From NCBI RefSeq assembly GCF_006345805.1, contig NW_021824625.1, positions 1-18,232 on the forward strand: a DNA stretch of 18,232 bases. Reading direction: 5' to 3'. The position numbers and the translations under genes are program-made. Under the pieces are notes generated by a model that was given only the letters and a program-made list of their open reading frames with translations, was not told where the DNA came from and did not search any database. This document shows, piece after piece, positions 1-8,072 of the stretch. Source of the stretch: Octopus sinensis (Eukaryota). How positions within the stretch are numbered: position 1 is the first letter of the stretch; the number at the start of each line of letters is the position of its first letter.

Positions 1-13
1 TTAATTTAGCAAC

Positions 14-210
14 TGTTGTTCGACTCTTGGGTGCTGACTCCTGAGTATTGTTGTTCAACTCTTGGGTGCTGACACCTGAGTATTGTTGTTCGACTCTTGG
101 GTGCTAACTCCTGAGTATTGTTGTTCGACTCTTGGGTGCTGACTCCTGAGTATTGTTGTTCGACTCTTGAGTACTGTTGATCGACTCTTGAGTATTGTTG
201 ATCGACTCTT
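14..210. repeat. Minisatellite: four 35-bp units followed by ~2.7 derived 21-bp units
   Basis: Unit tgttgttcgactcttgggtgctgactcctgagtat starts at 14, 49, 84 and 119. It is followed by tgttg(t/a)tcgactcttgagta(c/t) units at 154, 175 and 196. Confidence 0.95.
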
Positions 211-420
211 TCTGCTGTTGTTGTTGCACTGCAACTGATTGTGTTGCAGTTGTTGCTGTTGTAGTTGTTGGTGCTACTGAAATATAGAAGCTAATAGGTC
301 ATCCATAATTAACAAATTTATATCCTTAACCTTTATACGTTTTTTTTTAAAAATCTCTCTATATATATTTGTATGCATGAATATATTTATGTCTATATGT
401 GTGTGTATGTGTGTGTGTGT

Positions 421-621
421 GTTTGTACAACATCACTACTTGACACCCAGTATTGATGTGTTTATATAGCCGTTCCTTAGCGGTTTGGCAAATGGAATCG
501 ATAGAATAAATGCCGGCTTAAAAATAAATGCTGAAGTTGATTCGTTCGACTAAAGTTATTCAAGGCCGTGCCCTGGCATGGCTGCAGTCTAATGACTGAA
601 ATAAGTAAAAGAATAGAAGAA
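421..621 (+). mobile_element. tRNA-derived SINE family A, 3' half
   Basis: Matches the 3' half of the full copy at 11837-12260 (cttagcggtt...gatagaata...gcatggctgcagtctaatgactgaaataagtaaaagaatag tail). Confidence 0.8.
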
Positions 622-716
622 TATATATATATATAGTGAGAATTTACAAAAAAAAAGAAGACGGGTGTGTAAACAACAAACAGACGGATTAGTTTAACGC
701 TCGGAAGTGAGGAAGT

Positions 717-750
717 CTTTACGTTTCGAGCCTATGCTCTTCGACAGAAA
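717..750 (-). ncRNA. Minimal type I hammerhead-like motif (variant core)
   Basis: Minus strand: UUU-CUGUCGA-A-GAGC[AUAG]GCUC-GAAA-CG-UA/AAG. It has a 4-bp stem II, a palindromic ACGU stem III and a 3-bp stem I. The core carries A6U and an extra A. Confidence 0.45.
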
Positions 751-793
751 GGAACACACAGAAATAAACAGGGAGAGAAAATAGAAAAGGTAA

Positions 794-883
<90 letters not shown>

Positions 884-892
884 TATATATCT

Positions 893-939
<47 letters not shown>

Positions 940-1069
940 TATGTTTGTATATATTCATGTATACAATATATATATATGTATACCACACACATATATACAT
1001 ATACGTACGCACATATATATACATACACACACACACACAACCACACACACAACAAACCACACAACCACA

Positions 1070-1103
<34 letters not shown>
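794..1103. repeat. (AT)n/(CA)n compound microsatellite
   Basis: Directly visible dinucleotide runs. They explain the overlapping YI/TH-rich ORFs. Confidence 0.95.
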
Positions 1104-1107
<4 letters not shown>

Positions 1108-1122
1108 GTACACGAATCTATA

Positions 1123-1194
1123 TATACGTTGGTGCAATGGTAGCACACTTGTCGCCAAAACGTAGAGGTGTGTGTTCGTGTCCCACACGTATGA
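1123..1194 (+). pseudogene. Degenerate tRNA-like sequence (anticodon position CCA, Trp-like)
   Basis: Canonical cloverleaf spacing: acceptor tatacgt/acgtatg, U8, D-stem gtgc/gcac with loop aatggta, anticodon loop cgCCAaa with a weak stem, 5-nt variable loop, T-loop TTCGTGT and a 4/5 T-stem. A T6 run follows at 1205-1210. Confidence 0.5.
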
Positions 1195-1411
1195 AAAACA
1201 CTACTTTTTTCTTCTTATTTCCGTCGAGGGCTTATGGGCCCCAGTATTAAACTATTTCTTTTCTCAATACAAAGTGTTCACTTATAAGCCTTAAGCTTAA
1301 AACATATCATTATTATTAATTACAGAATTGTAAAATCGATAACGCTTACGAAATCATCGCAGAAAACGCACGTTTTATAAATATATATTTATTGATTAAT
1401 GGGAATCAATT

Positions 1412-1661
1412 TAATAGATCGAAGCAGAAGGCCAGACAGATCGTGATTTCAATTCTTAGACCTGTTGGTGCTTTGTTTTCTTGAGCAAAACACTTCGTCT
1501 CGCGTTGCTCTTCGCTCACTTCGACGCCTGACCCCTGGTGCACAGTGCACCTGTTCAGACAACGTTGATTTCATGGGGAGAGTTTGCTAATCTGCGGCAC
1601 AAACACATGGTCATTGTAAACAAATAATTGAACGCTGATACGTTGTCTTCGATGAGAGAGG
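1412..1661 (+). mobile_element. SINE-like interspersed repeat (family D), copy 1
   Basis: Reverse-complement homolog at 3855-4104 with the same ends. Contains a B-box-like gatttcaattc followed by ttcttgagcaaaacact...cgttgctc, typical of SINE bodies. Confidence 0.75.
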
Positions 1662-1756
1662 CTATTGTGTGTGTGTGTGTGCGCGCGCTTGTATATCTAT
1701 CTATCTATACGCACACACACACACAACATACACGCACACACATACATACATACATG

Positions 1757-1804
<48 letters not shown>

Positions 1805-1825
1805 ATCTATAATATATATATATAT

Positions 1826-2219
1826 ACTAGCAGTATCACCCGGCGTTGCTCGGGTTTGTAAGGGAAATAACTATATAAGCATTTTTAGAGAGTTATAGCA
1901 AAAAAAAAAACAAAAATGCATTAAAAATGGAAAAGAAATGGTAAATTTTTTTATAAATCGTTGACTCATCGTAGACATTTTTAAAGAGTTACTTCCCTTA
2001 TATAATAGCGAAAAAATGCATTAAAATGGAAAAAAAATTATGGTAAATTTTTTTTAAAATTGTAAACTCATCGTAGACGCGCTAATACCCAGAAGGGCTC
2101 GATATGAATCACGACTATAAGATACCCGGTTTTGGTTATGCAACTGCACCGCAAAATGTGGGAGTAGTTGGAATCTAAATCGTAGAGACAGACACACAAC
2201 TTGACTTTTATATAAAGAT
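1826..2219 (+). mobile_element. Non-autonomous Helitron/Helentron-like element (HINE/Lep1-like layout)
   Basis: Starts ACTAGC plus a subterminal hairpin cccgg-cgttg-ctcggg and ends acagacacaca...ttttatataaagat. Has an internal ~80-bp duplication (about 1895-1975 and 2004-2078). Confidence 0.6.
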
Positions 2220-2399
2220 ATAATATAACATAAGGGGGATCAGCCATCTGAATGTGGCTAGGGTCAGGGCGGGGTGGTGGGGGGTTTTACTGATGCATTT
2301 AGCCCCAGGTGAACATCAACGTCACAAAGAGCTGACACCATCTCGGTGTCCTTGCCAGCCTGCAAAGGGAGATCAACCTCCCCGAAGATACGGATATTA

Positions 2400-2442
2400 C
2401 CCACGGACCGGTTTCGAGGTTATTGCCTCTTGTCAAAGTATG
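2400..2442 (-). ncRNA. Type I hammerhead-like motif, U3-A8 variant
   Basis: Minus strand: CAUACU-UUGACAA-GAGG[CAAUAA]CCUC-GAAA-CCGG-UC/CGUGGG. GUC triplet, predicted cut between 2406 and 2405. Palindromic ACCGGU stem III and imperfect stem I. Confidence 0.65.
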
Positions 2443-2755
2443 GTAAGCACCGGTCTTCGTTGAGGGACTCTCTCTACAGGCTGGATATATAGATTTTCAC
2501 AGTAACCACAGTCACTGGCGTAGAAAATCCGTTCGAAAACAATAACAAATCTCTGAGCGAGATATAAACAGTAACTGCTCTATAACATAAGGGGGATCAG
2601 CCATCTGAATGTGGCTAGGGTCAGGGCGGGGTGGTGGGGTGTTACTGATGCATTTAGCCCCAGGCGAACATCAACGTCACCAGAAGAGCTGACACCATCT
2701 CGGTGTCCTTGCCAGCCTGCAAAGGGAGATCAGCCTTCCCGAAGATACGATACTA

Positions 2756-2798
2756 CACCACGACCGGTTTCGAGGTTATTGCCTCTTGTCAAAGTATG
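2756..2798 (-). ncRNA. Type I hammerhead-like motif, U3-A8 variant (second copy)
   Basis: Same core as 2400-2442, predicted cut between 2762 and 2761. The stem I 3' strand has an apparent 1-nt deletion. Confidence 0.55.
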
Positions 2799-3093
2799 GT
2801 AAGCACCGGTCTTCGTTGAGGGACTCTCTCTACAGGCTGGATATATAGATTTTCAAACCTCGAAACCGGTCTGTGTGTAGTATCCGTATCTTCGGGGAGG
2901 CTGATCTCCCTTTGCAGGCTGGCAAGGACACCGAGATGGTGTCAGCTCTTCTGGTGACGTTGATGTTCGCCTGGGGCTAAATGCATCAGTAACACCCCCA
3001 CCACCCCGCCCTGACCCTAGCCACATTCAGATGGCTGATCCCCCTTATGTTATAGAGCAGTTACTATTTATATCTCGCTCAGAGATTTGTTAT

Positions 3094-3130
<37 letters not shown>

Positions 3131-3131
<1 letters not shown>

Positions 3132-3523
3132 TCTTTTACTCTTTTATTTGTTTCTGTGGCCATGCTGGAATACCACCTTTTTTTTAGTCGAGCAAATCGA
3201 CCCCAGGATTTATTCTTTGTAAGCTTAGTACTTATTCTATCGGTCTATGTTACCGAACCGCTAAGTTACGGGGCACGTAAACACACCAGCATCGGTTGTC
3301 AAGCGATGTTCAGGGGACAAACAGACACATAAAAATATACACACACATACACACATATATATAAATACATATACGACTGGCTTCTTTCAGTTTCCGTCTA
3401 CCAAATCCACTCACAAGGCTTTGGTCGGCCCGAGGCTATTGTAGAAGACACTTGCCCAAGGTGCCACGCAGTGGGACTGAACCCGGAACCATGCGGTTGG
3501 TAAGCAAGCTACTTACCACACAG
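3131..3523 (-). mobile_element. tRNA-derived SINE family A (CORE-like), near full length
   Basis: The reverse complement reads ctgtgtggtaagtagcttgcttaccaacc...gggttcagtcccactgcgtggcaccttgggcaagtgtcttc..., then an internal microsatellite and an (aaaagag)n tail. Confidence 0.9.
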
Positions 3524-3743
3524 ATTTCTATATATGTATATATGTATATATATATATATATATATATACAAAATATAGGGGTTTAGTTCACAGGTTCCAA
3601 GGTCATAGCCGAGAGAGTAGTTATGGAGCCATTGCAGATTTCCGATATAGCGGATATATATTTGTGAAAGAGGACAACAAACGTTGAGGCAAGGCAAACA
3701 TCTCAAGTCATATACATTATTATTATTGGAAAACAAATTCAAA

Positions 3744-3799
3744 GTCTTACAGCTGTTTCTGGGAAACCCCAGAGTTTGGGATATTCCGTCATCAGAGAC
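3744..3799 (-). ncRNA. Type I hammerhead ribozyme motif, canonical core
   Basis: Minus strand: GUCU-CUGAUGA-CGGAAUAUCCC[AAACUCU]GGGGUUUCCCA-GAAA-CAGCUG-UA/AGAC. Perfect 4-bp stem I, palindromic ACAGCUGU stem III, predicted cut between 3748 and 3747. Confidence 0.8.
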
Positions 3800-3854
3800 A
3801 AATAAGTAAAATGAGAAGGGTATACATTAATAAATGATGACATACATGACAGGA

Positions 3855-4104
3855 CCTCTCCCGTCGAAGACGACGTGTCAGCATTCAATGATTTGTTTAT
3901 AATGACCATATGTGTGTGCCGCAGATTAGCTTACTCTCCCCATCAAATCAACGTTGTCTGAATAGGTGCACTGTGCACCACGGGTCAGGCGTCGAAGTGA
4001 ACGCAGAGCAACGCGAGACGCATTGTTTTGCTCAAGAACAAATCGCACCACCCTGTCTAAGAATTGAAATCACGATCTGTCTGGCCTTCTGCTTCGATCT
4101 ATTA
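3855..4104 (-). mobile_element. SINE-like interspersed repeat (family D), copy 2
   Basis: Reverse complement of 1412-1661 over its whole length. Confidence 0.75.
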
Positions 4105-4162
4105 CTCCTGTCCTCTATGTCGCCATTTCATTAATCTATACCCTTCTCATTTTCATTATTTC

Positions 4163-4216
4163 TCTCCGATGATGGAATATCCTATACTCTCGGATATCCC
4201 AGAAACAGCTGTAAGA
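4163..4216 (+). ncRNA. Type I hammerhead-like motif (U4C variant)
   Basis: UCU-CCGAUGA-UGGAAUAUCC[UAUACUCUC]GGAUAUCCCA-GAAA-CAGCUG-UA/AGA. Predicted cut after 4213. Confidence 0.6.
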
Positions 4217-4313
4217 CTATGAATTTTTTCTGGTGATAATAATAATGTATATGACTTGAGATGTTTGCCTTGCCTTTATGTTAGCTGTCCTGTTTAACAC
4301 TTATATATATGAT

Positions 4314-4385
4314 GGCCAGATAACTGAAGAGATGCCGGTGCAGGTTTCCGCCCCGACATCCGAAACTCGGAGTTCTATCATGGCT
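4314..4385 (+). ncRNA. Type I hammerhead ribozyme motif, canonical core
   Basis: GGCCAGAUAA-CUGAAGA-GAUG[22 nt]CAUC-C-GAAA-CUC[G]GAG-UU/CUAUCAUGGCU. Extended stem I (gcca/tggc plus gata/tatc), predicted cut after 4374. Confidence 0.7.
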
Positions 4386-4521
4386 ACCGAATAATTATCA
4401 CATATTATATTTACAGATAAATTCCTCTATTTATATATCGAGGTCTCTTTCATCCTTTTGTTGTCTTACCATTACTATCAATATATATATATATATATGT
4501 TTGTGTGTGTGCTTGTGTGTG

Positions 4522-4522
<1 letters not shown>

Positions 4523-4603
<81 letters not shown>
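4523..4603. repeat. (TATC)n microsatellite
   Basis: Direct tetranucleotide run, followed by (CT)n and (AT)n. Confidence 0.95.
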
Positions 4604-4604
<1 letters not shown>

Positions 4605-4653
4605 CCTTTCTGTCTATCTGTCTATCTCTCTTATCCCTCTCTCCATTCTCCCA

Positions 4654-4686
<33 letters not shown>

Positions 4687-5100
4687 ATATATATATAATA
4701 TATATATATTATATATATATATATATGTATACAAAATATATATAAAAATACAAAATGGGACAAGAACGCAAAACATTCAAATAGACGACACAAAAAAACG
4801 GGACGACGAAGCCTCTAATCTTCAGTCAAGAACCGGATCATCCTCGCAATTTCGGCTACACTTACATACATAAACATACATATAATTGTGTGTACATATA
4901 TATAAACGCATGCATCTTTGTGTATGTTTGTGTTTGCGTGTGTATTTGTGATTGTGTGTGTATGGGAGTGTGTGTATGTCTACGTGCCTGTGAGTGTGTT
5001 ACTGGTGGATTTAGGTTAGAATTTGGACCTGGAATTTTCAGGCGAGACCAGAGATACTTTCTCTCAACGCTGCTCCTTTTGAATTGTAGTCACAATCCAT

Positions 5101-5259
5101 ATGATGGCCTTCTGTACAGTTTCCGTCTATCCAGTTTCACTAACAGAACATGAATCGACCCGATAGCATATTACAAGACATCTGCTCAATACGACTAGTC
5201 GTGCGATCGAACACTAGATCGTGTGAATGAGAAATGGACTTCTTAATCGTTCAGCCACA
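5101..5259 (-). mobile_element. Old degenerate SINE family A 5' half
   Basis: The reverse complement has A-box-like tggctgaacga, B-box-like gtgttcgatcgc, and gatagacggaaactg...agaagg as in family A. Confidence 0.55.
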
Positions 5260-5749
5260 CTCACACACACACACACACATACATACACACACACACACAC
5301 ACACACGCACGCATACACACACACAAACACACACACACATACCCACATACATACACATCTGAAACACACATACACACATATCAACACACACAACAGACAA
5401 GCACACACATATACACACACGCAAACACACACCAGACACGCACACATACACATACACACACACACACTTACATAAACACACAGACACACACAAATACTCA
5501 CGACGCATATACACACAAACACAAACTGTCACTGATACACACACACATTTATATGTATATATATATTGATGTATATATATATATATATACACACATCAAT
5601 ATATATTTGCATACACATGCATGTGTATATTTATATGGATATGTATATACATATATATATAAACACACACATACAAATATACATACATACATATGAATTT
5701 ATACACACATACAGATATATACATATATACATACACATTGTATGCATAC

Positions 5750-5783
<34 letters not shown>

Positions 5784-5850
5784 TATATATAATATATATA
5801 TAATATATCTATATATATACATATACGTATATACATGTATATAATATACA
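5259..5850. repeat. (CA)n/(AT)n/(TACA)n compound microsatellite
   Basis: Directly visible. Confidence 0.95.
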
Positions 5851-6297
5851 AGCAAAAAAGAAACTCTTAGTACTATTTCCATTTTTTTTTGTTTTACACC
5901 TCACGTACACACACACACACCCACACACACACTCACACACACAGAAACACGTACACAATCGCCGTCACAACCCAATACCATGCATATACACACAAGCCGC
6001 AAAGCATCCATTTCTCTTATTCTTTTGAAGTTATTGTCTTACAGTTAGTGGGCGCCATTGTTTTAGTAATCTAGAAATTGTCTATTCAGCGTCTTACATC
6101 TCACACTCTCACTCTCTTTCCCACTCTCTCCTACGCTCCTTCCAACTCTCTCACTCTCTCTCCCCCTCTTTCTTCTCTCTCTCTCTCTCTCTTTACTCGC
6201 ACACACTGCTATGATGAGTGCGGCCTATTCATCGTTCTTGTCTCTTGGTAAAGCCATCATCATCCAATCGTTTAGTTTTCTGAACAGGATCCGTGGC

Positions 6298-6393
6298 ATT
6301 GTTGCTGCTGTTGTTGCTGTTCTTAATATCGTTGTTGTTGTTGTTGTTGTTGTTGATGCTGTTGTTGTTGTGGTTGTTGTTGTTGTTGTTGTC
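6298..6393. repeat. (GTT)n imperfect trinucleotide repeat
   Basis: Directly visible. Confidence 0.9.
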
Positions 6394-6841
6394 GTTTTTA
6401 CAATTCTGTGTTATCTTTTGTTCTTCGTGACGAATTGACGAATTGTGCAGACAGTAATATTCATTGTGGTGTGGTATGTATGTATATGCTTATGAGAATT
6501 ACACACACACACACACACACACACAGACACACACACACAATGATACACAGACACACAGACACACACAAACACACACACACACTCACACACATAGGCATAT
6601 GTATATATATATACATATATATATTTATATATATAGGCATATATATATATTTATAGGCATGTATATATATATATATGTAGGCAAATGTATATATGTGTGT
6701 GCGCGTGCGAGCATGTGTTCGTGTGTGTGTGTGTGTGTGTATGTGTGTGTGCGTAAGTGAGTGAGTGCGCAGGTATCTACACATGATTATAAGCAAATAT
6801 GGCGGAAATACATATTAACGTTATGTGTAACTATATCTGCC

Positions 6842-7028
6842 TTCTGTTGTGTCTGGGGAGAGTCGTTCTCTTTTAGTGCCTTAGTCATTGAGAGTCAACA
6901 ACTATTGAAAAGGTTGCAAGACGCAACGAAAATTTTAGAAAAATATATAAATGAGTGGAAATTTTACCGGTGAGTATGTTAAACTATAAGGCACTAAAAG
7001 GGGGTGTCTCACCCCAGACACAACAGAA
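6842..7028. mobile_element. Short element with 42-bp imperfect inverted termini
   Basis: ttctgttgtgtctggggagagtc...ttttagtgcctta (6842-6883) pairs with taaggcactaaaag...ccccagacacaacagaa (6987-7028). The interior is homologous to the reverse complement of 15583-15698. Confidence 0.7.
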
Positions 7029-7138
7029 TATGCTTCAACACACGAACTCACAAAAAGGATCTTGCAAACCAAATCCAAAAACGAAATATATCTGCTTTGT
7101 AATGTAAATATATGGACGTATGCAAGAATCTACGTATA

Positions 7139-7378
7139 TAGTAATCCCTTGACTATCGCGGGTGTTACGTTCCAAAACCTCCCACAGAAATAATTAAAAT
7201 CTGAAAAAAAAATATTAATGCCTATTGGCCGCAGTAACCCGCAGGATAATGAGCAGTCCGCGATATAAATTTACATATATTAGCCAGAAGAATCTGCGAT
7301 GTACTAAAGTGCGTGATAAGTGAACTGCAATGTACTGAGTGCGCGAAACGTGAACTGCGATATGGCGAGGGATTACTG
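7139..7378. mobile_element. Tc1/mariner (pogo/Tigger-like) MITE
   Basis: TIRs (C>T)AGTAATCCCT ... AGGGATTACTG flanked by TA on both sides. The left end recurs at 13957. Confidence 0.85.
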
Positions 7379-7514
7379 TATATATAAAGGAATTAAACGT
7401 AATGCTATTCTACTTCGTAATAATCCTTATGATTACTATTATTATTATTGATGTGTGTGAGTGTGTGTGTGGGTGTTAGTGTTTATGTATGTATATATAG
7501 AGTGTGACATACAT

Positions 7515-7640
7515 ACAGGTGTGGGTGCGTTGTTCTAGGGTTCAGACTCATTGCACAGCAACTTTTATAGCCCAGGGCCGACCAAAGTCTTGCGAGTGAA
7601 TTTGGTAGCTGGAAACTGAAAGGTGCTTGCCGTACATATA
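7515..7640 (+). mobile_element. SINE family A fragment, internally deleted
   Basis: agggttcagactc...tatagcccagggccgaccaaag...gtgaatttggtagctggaaactgaaag matches family A. Confidence 0.7.
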
Positions 7641-7848
7641 ATATATATAGTGTGTGTGTGTGTGTGTGTGTGTGTGCATGTGTGTGTGTGTGTGGTGATA
7701 TTATATGTATATAATATATATGTATGATATATATACATATATATATATATTGTATAATATATATATACACACACATATATATATATTATATATTAATATA
7801 TATATATATATACATATACATATAACACCCATACACCACACACTCACA

Positions 7849-7901
<53 letters not shown>

Positions 7902-8072
7902 GTTATATATATATATATATATTATATAATATATACATATACAGGGTGCGGTGGGTAAAGTGTTGCTATTTTATGATTTTAATTTCTCGCTGGCGCATTG
8001 TTTATATTTGATTTTGTTGACTACAAAGTATAGTAGGGTCAGTTGGGCACCGTCTTTGAGAAAAAGAGCACC

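Larger units (their letters stand above)
2224..3095 (-). mobile_element. HHR-bearing repeat (Penelope pLTR/retrozyme-like): tandem duplication plus fold-back
   Basis: Direct copies at 2224-2499 and 2581-2855 (period ~357). Inverted arm 2856-3095 pairs with 2540-2777. Each direct copy has an HHR motif on the minus strand. Homologous to 15740-16135. Confidence 0.8.
3655..4385. mobile_element. HHR-bearing repeat in head-to-head palindrome (arms 3655-3854 and 4106-4310), extending to a second HHR
   Basis: The arms are inverted homologs (roughly 80% by eye; shared cccagaaacagctgtaagact...gtatatgacttgagatgtttgccttgcct). The SINE-like 3855-4104 element sits at the axis. Confidence 0.8.

Noticed and set aside
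14-210. Repeat array as a CRISPR
   Set aside because: The units are contiguous with no unique spacers, the context is eukaryotic, and there are no cas genes.
2254-2802. Duplicated ORFs MARVRAGWWG... as genes
   Set aside because: They start at GTG, lie inside the HHR repeat, and indels between the copies shift the frame.
4800-4870. Minus-strand GAAA ... CUGAAGA as a type II hammerhead
   Set aside because: Stems II and III could not be paired convincingly.
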